DNA of 64,000 nt from Chitinophagales bacterium (lineage in GTDB: Bacteria; Bacteroidota; Bacteroidia; Chitinophagales; LD1): positions 259,547-323,546 of the forward strand of contig JBGAHI010000006.1 of the NCBI GenBank assembly GCA_044226285.1, read 5' to 3'. The notes beneath the pieces were generated by a model, which saw only the letters and a list, made by a program, of their open reading frames with translations, was not told where the DNA came from and did no database searches. This document shows, piece after piece, positions 45,715-55,733 of the stretch. Made by a program: the position numbers and the translations under genes. The number at the start of each line of letters is the position of its first letter. Positions within the stretch are counted from its first letter, which is position 1.

Positions 45715-46722
45715 TTATTCAAAGGCCTCAACACCGGCAACAGTGGTGTATTTGAACTGGCGTTTTTTATCCGGGTAGCAAATCGCAAAAGCCGATTGAA
45801 CAGCCAAAGTTGCTTCGTGGAAACCACAAAGAATTAACTTTAATTTACCGGGATATTCGTTGATATCGCCAACTGCATATATCCCTTTAATATTTGTGCT
45901 GTAATCTTCTGTATTCACTAAAATCGATTTCTTATCCAAATTCAAGCCCCATTCTGCAATTGGTCCTAACATTGGCGATAATCCATACAGTGGCATCCAA
46001 TATTCTGTTTCGAGGGTAGACTCCACTCCTGCATTTGTTTTAAGATGTACTTTGGTTAAATGCTCACCACCGTCAACGCCTACAATTTCCGATTCTAACA
46101 CCACATCAATTTTTCCTGCTTTGGCCAAAGCCATAACTTTCTCTACAGAATCTAAATGTCCGCGGAAACTATCTCTGCGGTGCACCATAGTTACTTTTTT
46201 TGCCACATCCGCTAAGAATATGGTCCAATCCAACGCAGAATCTCCTCCTCCGGAAATAACAACCGTTTTGCCTCTGTATTTTTCCGGATCGCGAATCACA
46301 TAATCCACACCTTTTTCTTCAAAATCGCGAATATTATCTATTGGCGGGCGTTTCGGTTCAAAACAACCTAAACCGGCAGCAATAAAAATAGCAGCGCATT
46401 TGAATTCAGTTCCTTTGCTTCCGGTCAGAATAAATTTTCCGTCTTCCTGCTTTTCGATTTTATCGATACGCTCGCCAAACGTAAAGCCCGGCTTGAAAGG
46501 AGCAATTTGTTCCATCAAGTTTTTAATCAAATCGCCCGCTAATACAGACGGATACCCCGGAATATCATAAATCGGTTTTTTGGGATAGACCTCTTCTAAT
46601 TGTCCGCCAGGTTGTGGCAACACATCCACCAAATGGCATTTCAATTTCAACAAACCGGCTTCAAAAACGGTAAACAGTCCAACCGGACCTGCTCCAATAA
46701 TTAATATATCTGTTTCAATCAT
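45715..46722 (-). CDS. Thioredoxin-reductase-like ferredoxin--NADP+ reductase
   Basis: DILIIGAGPVGLFTVFEAG...PGGQL..VYPKKPIYDIPG and GGGDSALDW. ATG at 46722 preferred to the TTG at 46761. Confidence 0.85.
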   Translation of the reverse strand: MIETDILIIGAGPVGLFTVFEAGLLKLKCHLVDVLPQPGGQLEEVYPKKPIYDIPGYPSVLAGDLIKNLMEQIAPFKPGFTFGERIDKIEKQEDGKFILTGSKGTEFKCAAIFIAAGLGCFEPKRPPIDNIRDFEEKGVDYVIRDPEKYRGKTVVISGGGDSALDWTIFLADVAKKVTMVHRRDSFRGHLDSVEKVMALAKAGKIDVVLESEIVGVDGGEHLTKVHLKTNAGVESTLETEYWMPLYGLSPMLGPIAEWGLNLDKKSILVNTEDYSTNIKGIYAVGDINEYPGKLKLILCGFHEATLAVQSAFAICYPDKKRQFKYTTVAGVEAFE

Positions 46723-46875
46723 AACGGGTGCGAATGTAGCGTTTGCAACTTCATTTTCCAATTGAAAATATACATGTAAATGTTGATTAATATCATGACA
46801 AACCTTTCAATGGGATAGGCTAAAACCTTTAAATCCGGTTTCATTTTTCTATATTGCCGTTCAAAATCAAGGATT

Positions 46876-47235
46876 ATGGGAAAAGTTATCGGAATTATTG
46901 TTGCCGTTTTGTTATTGGCATTGGGTGGCTATTTTGCATACACGCAATACACCTACAGCGAAGGAACTAGAGCCGGTATATTGATGAAATTTTCAACTAA
47001 AGGCTATGTTTTTAAAACACATGAAGGTCAATTGAATTTAGGAGGGGTTTCGGCTCAAAACAACACGATTATCAATAACTTTTGGGACTTTTCGGTGAAA
47101 GACAACAAAATCGCTAAAGAGCTTGAAGGCTTGGAAGGAAAGAAAGTTCAATTACACTACAACCAAATTATGCACCAGTTTTTCTGGCAAGGGGAAACCG
47201 CTTACTTCGTTGATGAAGTAAAAGTTATCGAATAA
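46876..47235 (+). CDS. Small membrane-anchored protein, unknown function
   Basis: One N-terminal TM helix. 119 aa. Confidence 0.45.
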   Translation: MGKVIGIIVAVLLLALGGYFAYTQYTYSEGTRAGILMKFSTKGYVFKTHEGQLNLGGVSAQNNTIINNFWDFSVKDNKIAKELEGLEGKKVQLHYNQIMHQFFWQGETAYFVDEVKVIE

Positions 47236-47272
47236 AACCAACACCACATTTCCAAACCAAACCATTACAGTT

Positions 47273-49702
47273 ATGAAGAAAGTTCTACTTCTAACGCTAT
47301 TGCTATATTCCTGTATTTCATTCGCACAACAAGCTACACAAACCCTTCGTGGACGGGTCATAGACCGCGAAATTACCATGCCGTTGATGGGCGTAAATGT
47401 AGCTGCTTTCTTAAATGGAAAATTGCTGGGTGGAGCGCAAACCGATGAGAATGGATATTACCGAATCGAAAAATTACCCATTACAAGGATAGAAATTACA
47501 GCTAGTTATTTGGGGTATAAGAAAACCACTATTCAGAACATTCAACTCACTTCTGCAAAGGAAATGGTAACTAACATTGAATTAGAGCCTGCCGTTCAAG
47601 AAATGAAAGAAGTGGAAGTAACCGGGGGCAAACGAAAAGGGGAAGCCATTAACGAAATGACAACCTTAAGTGCAAGAGCATTTACAGTGGATGATGCTGC
47701 CCGATATGCCGGAAGCAGAAACGATCCTGCGCGGATGGCATCAAACTTTGCCGGTGTTTCGGGTACAGATGATTCGCGCAATGATATTGTGGTGCGCGGG
47801 AACTCCCCGTTTGGTGTGCAGTGGCGTTTGGAAAATGTGAATATTCCTAACCCTTCGCACTTCGCTATTGCAGGAACCACGGGCGGCCCGGTAGGTATGC
47901 TCAACAACAAAGTACTGTCTAATTCAGATTTTTTAACCGGTGCATTCCCGGCTGAATATGGAAATGCTTTAGCAGGAGTTTTTGATGTGCGTTTTAAAAA
48001 CGGGAATGATGAGAAGCATGAATTCGGTTTAGAATTTGGGTTGATGGGGGCACAAGCCTTTGCAGAAGGTCCATTGAACCGAAAAACGAAAGCATCGTAT
48101 GTGGTGAACTACCGTTATGCAACACTCGATTTGCTAGTAAAAGCGGGCATCGATATCGGTACTAAAGCCATTCCGAAATATCAGGATTTGCAGTTCAAAC
48201 TTAACTTTCCATTGAAGAACGGTGCTAACTTATCGTTCTTTGGTTTGGGAGGATACAGTTTGGTGAATCTAATGACGAGCACCGATAAAAAACCGGAGCG
48301 AGATATCTATGCATCGAAAGATATAGACGAATTTTTGCGCACCGGCATGGGTGTTGTGGGCATTAATTATACGCGTCCGATTAACGATAAATGCTACTCA
48401 AGAATTACTTTTGCGGCATCCGGACAATCGCTCAGAAACCACTTTGTACGTATCGTTCGACATGTTGATCCGGTTTCGGGAGATTATGTAGTCGACAATA
48501 AATACGACAAAATGTTTTTCAATTTTATGGAGGCAAAATTCAGTGCCAATTTCTATAGAAATTACAAACTCAACAACCGCCATGTAGTTCGTTTTGGGAT
48601 GAATACTGAACTAAATGTTTATCGCTATTCCGATAGTATTTTAAACGAACAAACCAGTCTATGGGAGAAACGACTATCCTACAAAGGTGCGCATTTTGTG
48701 TTTCAACCCTATGTGCAATGGCGATGGAGTATCAGCGAAAAAGTAACACTAAACGCGGGTTTACACGGGCAACTGTTCACGTTGAATAAATCGTGGAGTT
48801 TAGAACCGCGTTTAGCCGTAAAGTATCAATTCAAACGCAATCAGAGTGTGGCATTGGGAACAGGCTTACACAGTCAGTTACAACCTGGTTATCTTTATTT
48901 TCAAAACGATAATGTACTTCATACTGAATATGGCCTCCGCAATAAAAACTTAGATTTTTCGCGTTCTTTCCATTTGGTTGGCGCTTACGATATATTCTTC
49001 AAGCAAGATATACGCATGAAAGTGGAAGCCTATTTCCAATACCTTTGGGGTATTCCGATTGATAAAACACCTTCATCATATAGTGTAATCAATGAAGGTG
49101 CTAGCTTCGATCGTTTCTTCCCGGGAAAGTTGGAAAACAAAGGCTTAGGAAGAAATGTAGGATTAGAAGTTACTCTTGAAAAATTTTTCACTCATAACTG
49201 GTTTGTGATGTTCTCCGGATCTGTATATGATTCAAAATATAAAGCGAGTGATGGACTTTGGTACAACACATCTTATAACGGAAATTATATTGTGAACATA
49301 CTTGGTACAAAAGAATTTAAATGGGGCAAAAAACGATTGAACACCATTGGCATTGGCGGCAAACTTACAGTAGGTGGAGGACAGCGCTATACACCTTACG
49401 ATACTTTACTTTCAAAGTATTCAGAAGATCCTGTTGTGCAAGATAAAGAAAGGAACAAGTATCAATTCAAACCCTACTTCCGTTTCGACATTAAGCTAAA
49501 TTACATGTGGAATGGGAAGAAACACGTTACCCAAGAAGTGGGTATCGACCTAGTAAACATTACGTTCCAGAAAAACATTTTGCGATTGCAGTATGTAGAT
49601 GCGCAGGCACAACCTCGTGAAGTCTACCAATTGGGATTTTTACCACTATTCTATTACCGAATTGATTTCAGTTTCAAACAGAAAAACAGAGATAGGCATT
49701 AA
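47273..49702 (+). CDS. TonB-dependent receptor-like outer membrane protein
   Basis: Signal peptide, a carboxypeptidase-regulatory-like domain (LRGRVIDRE...), a plug region (DIVVRGNSP) and a long barrel with an aromatic-rich C-terminal region. Confidence 0.8.
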   Translation: MKKVLLLTLLLYSCISFAQQATQTLRGRVIDREITMPLMGVNVAAFLNGKLLGGAQTDENGYYRIEKLPITRIEITASYLGYKKTTIQNIQLTSAKEMVTNIELEPAVQEMKEVEVTGGKRKGEAINEMTTLSARAFTVDDAARYAGSRNDPARMASNFAGVSGTDDSRNDIVVRGNSPFGVQWRLENVNIPNPSHFAIAGTTGGPVGMLNNKVLSNSDFLTGAFPAEYGNALAGVFDVRFKNGNDEKHEFGLEFGLMGAQAFAEGPLNRKTKASYVVNYRYATLDLLVKAGIDIGTKAIPKYQDLQFKLNFPLKNGANLSFFGLGGYSLVNLMTSTDKKPERDIYASKDIDEFLRTGMGVVGINYTRPINDKCYSRITFAASGQSLRNHFVRIVRHVDPVSGDYVVDNKYDKMFFNFMEAKFSANFYRNYKLNNRHVVRFGMNTELNVYRYSDSILNEQTSLWEKRLSYKGAHFVFQPYVQWRWSISEKVTLNAGLHGQLFTLNKSWSLEPRLAVKYQFKRNQSVALGTGLHSQLQPGYLYFQNDNVLHTEYGLRNKNLDFSRSFHLVGAYDIFFKQDIRMKVEAYFQYLWGIPIDKTPSSYSVINEGASFDRFFPGKLENKGLGRNVGLEVTLEKFFTHNWFVMFSGSVYDSKYKASDGLWYNTSYNGNYIVNILGTKEFKWGKKRLNTIGIGGKLTVGGGQRYTPYDTLLSKYSEDPVVQDKERNKYQFKPYFRFDIKLNYMWNGKKHVTQEVGIDLVNITFQKNILRLQYVDAQAQPREVYQLGFLPLFYYRIDFSFKQKNRDRH

Positions 49703-49710
49703 GTATATTC

Positions 49711-52506
49711 TTAATTCTCTTTAGCAATAGTAAAGTAGAACGTACTGCCTTCGCCTAATTGCGATTCCACCCAAATCTTTCCGTTGTGTTGGGAAACAAT
49801 TTTATTACAGGTAGCTAAACCAATTCCAGTACCTTGATATTCGGCATCGGTATGTAAGCGTTGGAAGATAATAAATACTTTGTCTTGGTACTTTTTATCG
49901 ATGCCAATTCCGTTATCCTTGAAAGTAAACAGGTAATCGTTTTCCCGCTCCTCAGCACTGACCTCAATACAAGCCCTTTCATTCTTTTTCCGAAACTTAA
50001 TGGCATTACTAATTAAGTTCTGAAACAACTGTTTTAACTCAATTTCGTTTCCAATGACTTGGGGTAGTAAGGAGGCTGTAACACTAGCATCACTCTCGGT
50101 TATAGAGGCTTTTAAGTTGGCTAGAACATCTTTCAACACTTCATTACAATCCACTTTATCTGCTGAAACCTTTCTTCCGATACGCGAAAAATCTAACAGC
50201 GCTTTCACTAAGTTTTGCATCTTAATGGTGGCCTTCAAAATAAACTGGATATAATGTTCCTCTTCTTCCGTTTTTTCAGAACTGCGTTTATTGAGCAGTC
50301 CGGTAAAGTTTGAAATAGTTCGCAACGGCTCTTGTAAATCGTGAGAAGCCGCATAAGCAAACTGTTCTAACTCTTGATTGGCTCGAACTAACTCTTCCGA
50401 TTTACGTTTCAGTTCTGCTTCTGTAATTTTTCGTTCCCGAATATCCAACGAAGCCTCCATCAATTCTTTATTGGTTTGAATCAGTTTCTTGTTGATAGCC
50501 TCGTATTCCATGTTACTAATAAGCAAATCACGCTCACTGGCTTCGGCACGCTCTTTTGCAGCTATAATAGCTTGTTCATCTTCCTTTTGCCGCGAAATAT
50601 CACGAACAAAAATCAATAAACGTGCATCTGACAATAGCTTTGCTTTAATCTCAACAGAAAGATGAATTCCACCTTTCCCTTTCATGATTCGCTCGGTAAC
50701 TACGGTTTTACCTTGTCTTAACTCATCAAAATGAAAAGGATTTTTTTGCAGGTCTTCATGCAAAGCAAAATCATAAATAGTCAACTTTTTCAACTCTTGT
50801 TCTGTATACCCCGACATTCGGCACATACTCGAATTCACCATGATAAACCGACCTTCGCCATCTGCAATAAAAATAGCATCAGTAGCATGTTCTACTAACG
50901 ATCGGTATTTTTCTTCGCTGGCACTTATTTCTTCTTCAGCCCGTTTTCGTTCACTGATATCAATAAAGCTGATAACAACTTCAACTATTTCGTTATTCCC
51001 ATTAAACACAGGGTAACCGGTAACCATGGCCCAAATGGTGTCTTTCGTAAGCGGACGATATATACCAATAGTAAGATTTCGTATTCCTTTTTTAGTGGAT
51101 AGTATCACATTTACCGGATACTCTTCGATAGGCATAGTGCTGTGATCTACGCGCATAAACTTCCACTCAGGATCAAGAGCCATTTTGCCTCTGAGTTGCT
51201 CTTCACTCAATCCCAACAACTCCACTGCCTTAGGATTGCTGTTGATAATTGACGTATCAGGAGCATGCAACACTATAGCTGCATCTAGCTTATTCAATAA
51301 GCTTCTGTACTTCTCTTTTGTATTGCGTAATATTTCATCTGCGTTTTTACGATCTGTAATATCCACTAATACGCCATCCCAGACTACAATTCCATTTTCT
51401 GCTTTACGGGGTACTGACGAAAGATGAACCCAACGTATTTCTCCTTTATGGTTTCGGCAACGCATATCGGCAAAAAATGGCGATAAATTTCTATACGACA
51501 AATCCTCCGCCTCAGCCAATGCAGCGCGATCTTCTTCTATAACAATATTGTACATCAATGAAGAATCTTGAATAATCGCTTCAGGTGATTTCCCGGTAAG
51601 TTTTGAAACACTCTTGCTCAAATACGAAAACTTCATCTTACGATCGGTGTCACAATACACCTGATACATAAAGACATTCGGTAAATTATCGCTTAAGATT
51701 TGCAACTGTATAGAGCGTTCTTTTGCGTAAGCCTCTGCTTTCTTGCGTTCAGAGATATCGCTGATACTCCCTCGAATCAACACCTTGTTTTCTGCAGGCA
51801 AACGAATTAAACGAACTTCGCAAGGAATCGAGTTCCCTTCACTGTCGATATGTACCCATTCAAAAACAGGCTTACCTCCATTTTGAGCTTCAACATTTTT
51901 CTCTTTTGCAGCTTCTCTCGATAATCGTCCATCGGGCTGATAAGTGGGGCTAATTTCTGCAACACCAATAGAAAGTAGTTGTTCGCGCGACATCTTGAAC
52001 AAATCCAATGCCGTTTGACTTACATCGACAAACTTTTCAATCTCAGTATCAAAAACTACAAGGGCTTCAGGTGCATTTTCCACCAAAATGCGATATCGTT
52101 CTTCATTTTCTTTAAGAATTCTTGCTGCTCGAGAAGGTTCAGAGATATCTTTTAGTGTGGCATAGAAATAAGTATCTCCTCGGAACAACAATGGATTAGG
52201 ACGAATTTCAATCGTAAACTCACTTTGATCTTTTTTTAAACCCAGCAATTCCTTTCCATCACCTAGGGCACGTTGAACAGGCTGTTTTAAGAAGTCTTGA
52301 AAAAGTTCATCGTATTGCTCGCGAAAACGAACGGGAACCAACTGTTCTATATTCATTCCGGCTAGCTCCTCTTTGGAATAACCAAACATGGAACAAGCCA
52401 AACTGTTGCCAAGCAAAATTTCGCCATGAACATCCACTAATATTATGCCATCGGGGGAGGCGTCAAAAAAGGCTTTATATAATTCTATACTGTCCATGAT
52501 TTTCAT
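49711..52506 (-). CDS. Multi-PAS sensor histidine kinase
   Basis: Six PAS/PAC modules, each ending in a DI(S/T)xRK-like motif. H-box ASHDLQEPLRTI and an HATPase G-box GTGIGLATC. Confidence 0.9.
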   Translation of the reverse strand: MKIMDSIELYKAFFDASPDGIILVDVHGEILLGNSLACSMFGYSKEELAGMNIEQLVPVRFREQYDELFQDFLKQPVQRALGDGKELLGLKKDQSEFTIEIRPNPLLFRGDTYFYATLKDISEPSRAARILKENEERYRILVENAPEALVVFDTEIEKFVDVSQTALDLFKMSREQLLSIGVAEISPTYQPDGRLSREAAKEKNVEAQNGGKPVFEWVHIDSEGNSIPCEVRLIRLPAENKVLIRGSISDISERKKAEAYAKERSIQLQILSDNLPNVFMYQVYCDTDRKMKFSYLSKSVSKLTGKSPEAIIQDSSLMYNIVIEEDRAALAEAEDLSYRNLSPFFADMRCRNHKGEIRWVHLSSVPRKAENGIVVWDGVLVDITDRKNADEILRNTKEKYRSLLNKLDAAIVLHAPDTSIINSNPKAVELLGLSEEQLRGKMALDPEWKFMRVDHSTMPIEEYPVNVILSTKKGIRNLTIGIYRPLTKDTIWAMVTGYPVFNGNNEIVEVVISFIDISERKRAEEEISASEEKYRSLVEHATDAIFIADGEGRFIMVNSSMCRMSGYTEQELKKLTIYDFALHEDLQKNPFHFDELRQGKTVVTERIMKGKGGIHLSVEIKAKLLSDARLLIFVRDISRQKEDEQAIIAAKERAEASERDLLISNMEYEAINKKLIQTNKELMEASLDIRERKITEAELKRKSEELVRANQELEQFAYAASHDLQEPLRTISNFTGLLNKRSSEKTEEEEHYIQFILKATIKMQNLVKALLDFSRIGRKVSADKVDCNEVLKDVLANLKASITESDASVTASLLPQVIGNEIELKQLFQNLISNAIKFRKKNERACIEVSAEERENDYLFTFKDNGIGIDKKYQDKVFIIFQRLHTDAEYQGTGIGLATCNKIVSQHNGKIWVESQLGEGSTFYFTIAKEN

Positions 52507-52748
52507 TTTCAAAACCTTCTACATTAAGGGGTGTAGAAAAGCCAACTCTAATATTACTTATAAATACTACAGTACCACATAAATTTCGAAAAAAAATAAG
52601 AGATAAGCAACTCTTTTTACGTAATCATCAAGTGCAATTAAACTAGAGTACCATTATTTAAACGCTAATAGTTTCAGATAGCATTAAAAAACAAACAAAA
52701 ACACATTACGTTTATTAATACTTTGTGTTTAAAACAAGGGGAAACAAA

Positions 52749-52964
52749 TTACACTTTTCGTGTCAAATAATAGAGATTAATTCCAATAATGCTCACATTA
52801 GTGAGAATAACCGGATAAGAATAATGCAGTAAAACCCCATACAAAACAAATAATAAACAACCAATGGTATTAACGATACGCAGTGTTTTTAAATCTTTCA
52901 TAAGGAAGGAAAGCAATACACCCAAGCTCGCAGCATAACCAACCACTTCCGTTAAATTTTCCAT
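52749..52964 (-). CDS. Small membrane protein (2-3 TM helices)
   Basis: 71 aa, almost entirely hydrophobic helices. Confidence 0.4.
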   Translation of the reverse strand: MENLTEVVGYAASLGVLLSFLMKDLKTLRIVNTIGCLLFVLYGVLLHYSYPVILTNVSIIGINLYYLTRKV

Positions 52965-53118
52965 TTATAACAATTGAACCGCGATATTAAACTATTAATT
53001 TGAAAAACAATTTATTAGCCATTCCGCAAAAAGCCATTGCTTACTCCTTCCCGATTAAATTTCCATAAAACAAATACGATTGTTTTATATTTTCGAAGCC
53101 TTAAACGATACGAATACC

Positions 53119-53694
53119 ATGCAATCAAAAATAAAATCGGTTATCCAAGCTTCTATTGATGTAAAAGCTAAAATCCTTGATGACGCTACTATGCACCATC
53201 GTATTGAGGAAGCTGCCATGCAAGTGGTGAAGAGTTTTCAAAACGGATGCAGAATTTACTTTGCCGGTAACGGAGGAAGTGCAGCAGATGCACAACACTT
53301 GGCAGCAGAATTTACAGGAAGATTTTACAAAGACCGCGAACCCTTACCTGCAGAAGCTTTGCACGTAAACACTTCGTTCCTAACCGCAGTAGCGAATGAT
53401 TATTCGTATGATGAAGTCTATCAACGAATGATTAAAGCGCAAGGTAGAGCAGGCGATGTTTTCTTTGGCATCTCCACTTCGGGCAATTCAAAAAATGTGG
53501 TTTTAGCCCAAGAAGAAGCGAAAAGAAAAGGCATGTATGTGATTTCATTAACCGGTGAAACCGGAGGAAAAATGAAAGACTCGTGCGACATACTGTTCAA
53601 TGTTCCAAGTACCGATACACCTCGTATTCAAGAATCACATATCCTCATTGGACATATCATCTGCGAATTGGTGGAAGAAAATATGTTCTTTTAA
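53119..53694 (+). CDS. gmhA: D-sedoheptulose-7-phosphate isomerase
   Basis: SIS-domain motif FAGNGGSAADAQHLAAEF and GISTSGNSKNV. Confidence 0.85.
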   Translation: MQSKIKSVIQASIDVKAKILDDATMHHRIEEAAMQVVKSFQNGCRIYFAGNGGSAADAQHLAAEFTGRFYKDREPLPAEALHVNTSFLTAVANDYSYDEVYQRMIKAQGRAGDVFFGISTSGNSKNVVLAQEEAKRKGMYVISLTGETGGKMKDSCDILFNVPSTDTPRIQESHILIGHIICELVEENMFF

Positions 53695-53703
53695 TTTATT
53701 GCC

Positions 53704-54402
53704 TTGACAACAACTGCCATCATATTAGCCGGAGGTTTCGGAACACGTTTGCAAAAAGTTGTAAGCGATGTACCTAAACCTATGGCACCCATACAGGGCA
53801 AGCCTTTCCTGCATTATGTATTTGTATATTTGCAGCAATATTACATCCAAGAAGTAGTGCTTTCTGTGGGTTATTTACATGAAGTAATTAAAGAATATTT
53901 CAAGGATGAATACTTAGGCATAAAGGTACGTTATTGTGTTGAAGAAAAACCGCTAGGCACCGGAGGCGGCATCAAAAAAGCATTTGAGCTAATCGAAAAC
54001 AATGCCTTTGTGTTGAATGGCGATACTTTTTTCGATGTGAATTTAACCGAACTAGACGCCTATCATAACAATACGAATGCAGATTTCTCGATGAGTTTAA
54101 AACATCTCACTGAATTTGATCGCTACGGCACTATTACCCTTGAAAATAGCCGAGTGAAAGGATTTAAAGAGAAGACATATACGAAGGAAGGATGGATCAA
54201 TGGAGGTGTTTATCTTACTTCAGCTGAAGTATTAAATCGCTTTGATTTACCGGAGCAATTTTCACTGGAAAAAGATTTTTTAGAACGCCACCTCGATAGT
54301 TTACAAGTAAACGGATATTGTTCCGATGGTTATTTTATTGACATTGGTATTCCGGAAGACTATTACAAAGCGAACGAAGATTTACCTAAATTACTGTATT
54401 AA
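53704..54402 (+). CDS. Sugar-1-phosphate nucleotidyltransferase (HddC-like heptose-1-P guanylyltransferase candidate)
   Basis: AIILAGGFGTRL motif and its position between gmhA and gmhB. Apparent TTG start. Confidence 0.7.
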   Translation: MTTTAIILAGGFGTRLQKVVSDVPKPMAPIQGKPFLHYVFVYLQQYYIQEVVLSVGYLHEVIKEYFKDEYLGIKVRYCVEEKPLGTGGGIKKAFELIENNAFVLNGDTFFDVNLTELDAYHNNTNADFSMSLKHLTEFDRYGTITLENSRVKGFKEKTYTKEGWINGGVYLTSAEVLNRFDLPEQFSLEKDFLERHLDSLQVNGYCSDGYFIDIGIPEDYYKANEDLPKLLY

Positions 54403-54956
54403 TGAACATTCTGGAACAACTGAAAGTAGATAAAAACTGGACTTTATTTCTCGACAGAGATGGGGTAATTAATCTCCATTTCCCGAAAGATTATGTGAAA
54501 ACATGGAACGAGTTTTTCTTTTTGGAAGGTGCGATAGATGCCATAAAACAGTTAACGAAGCATTTTGGGAAGATAGTGGTGGTAACCAATCAACAAGGCG
54601 TTGGTAAAGGAAAAATGACGGAAGAGACCTTGCAGAATATTCACTCCAATATGTTGGTTGAAATTGAAGCTGCCGGTGGCCGAATCGATTCTATTTATGC
54701 CGCAACAAGCCTAGAAAGTAAAGATGAGTTTGGTTTGCGCAAACCAAAGATTGGTATGGCTATGCAGGCCCAAGAAGATTTTCCGGAAATTGATTTTGCT
54801 AAATCAGTAATTGTTGGCGACTCTATTACGGATATGCAATTCGGTCGAAATGCTGGCATGTACACTGTATTCGTGTCTGACAAAGAAGATTCGGATATTG
54901 TTGAATCGCTCTTAGTCGATTTTAAGATTAATAAGTTGGCTGATTTGGTGAGTTAA
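54402..54956 (+). CDS. gmhB: D,D-heptose 1,7-bisphosphate phosphatase (HAD-IIIA)
   Basis: LFLDRDGVIN, VTNQ.GV and GDS.TD motifs. The start overlaps the upstream stop. Confidence 0.8.
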   Translation: MNILEQLKVDKNWTLFLDRDGVINLHFPKDYVKTWNEFFFLEGAIDAIKQLTKHFGKIVVVTNQQGVGKGKMTEETLQNIHSNMLVEIEAAGGRIDSIYAATSLESKDEFGLRKPKIGMAMQAQEDFPEIDFAKSVIVGDSITDMQFGRNAGMYTVFVSDKEDSDIVESLLVDFKINKLADLVS

Positions 54957-55730
54957 CTACACCTTTCTATCCATCACAAATACATTCCGTTGCGCTGTTG
55001 GATACACCACCATATTGGTAATATTCACATGCTTTGGCGCATTACACACATACCAGATTGCATCTGCAATATCTTCCGGATGAAGGGGCTCGAAGCCTTC
55101 ATACACTTTCTTTGCCTTGCTTTCATCGCCATGAAAACGCACTACCGAAAACTCAGTTTCGCAAGCTCCCGGATCGATGGAGCAACAACGTAAATTTGTG
55201 CCCACTAAATCTAAGTTAATCCCTTCATTCAAAGCTTTTACGGCATATTTTGTAGCGTTGTATACATTCCCTTCCGGATAGACTAAATGTCCGGCTGTAC
55301 TGCCTATATTGATGATATGTCCTTCGTTTTTCGCAATCATATCGGGCATAAAAGTACGCGTTACATACAACAAGCCCTTGATATTCGTATCTATCATTTG
55401 CTCCCAATCGTCATAGCTGCCGGCTTGTAGCTTATCTTTTCCTGACGCTAAGCCTGCATTATTAACTAACACCGAAGGCACAATATTTTTCGATTGTACA
55501 AAGGCATGAAAGGCCTCCACTTCTTGCTTATTGCGTACATCCGTAACATGGATCAACACTTTAACCCCAAAATGGGAAGTAATATCATTTGCAATTTCTT
55601 CCAAACGTTCTTGTCGTCTAGCGCACAAAATCAAATTCACTTTATTCTCTGCAAACTTGTACGCTGTTGCCTTTCCAATACCGGATGTGGCTCCCGTTAT
55701 CAATGCATATGTACTCGCTAAATCACTCAT
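54957..55730 (-). CDS. SDR-family NADP-dependent oxidoreductase (YdfG-like)
   Basis: ITGATSGIGKATA, NNAG and YNATKYAV (YxxxK). Confidence 0.85.
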   Translation of the reverse strand: MSDLASTYALITGATSGIGKATAYKFAENKVNLILCARRQERLEEIANDITSHFGVKVLIHVTDVRNKQEVEAFHAFVQSKNIVPSVLVNNAGLASGKDKLQAGSYDDWEQMIDTNIKGLLYVTRTFMPDMIAKNEGHIINIGSTAGHLVYPEGNVYNATKYAVKALNEGINLDLVGTNLRCCSIDPGACETEFSVVRFHGDESKAKKVYEGFEPLHPEDIADAIWYVCNAPKHVNITNMVVYPTAQRNVFVMDRKV

Positions 55731-55733
55731 GGT

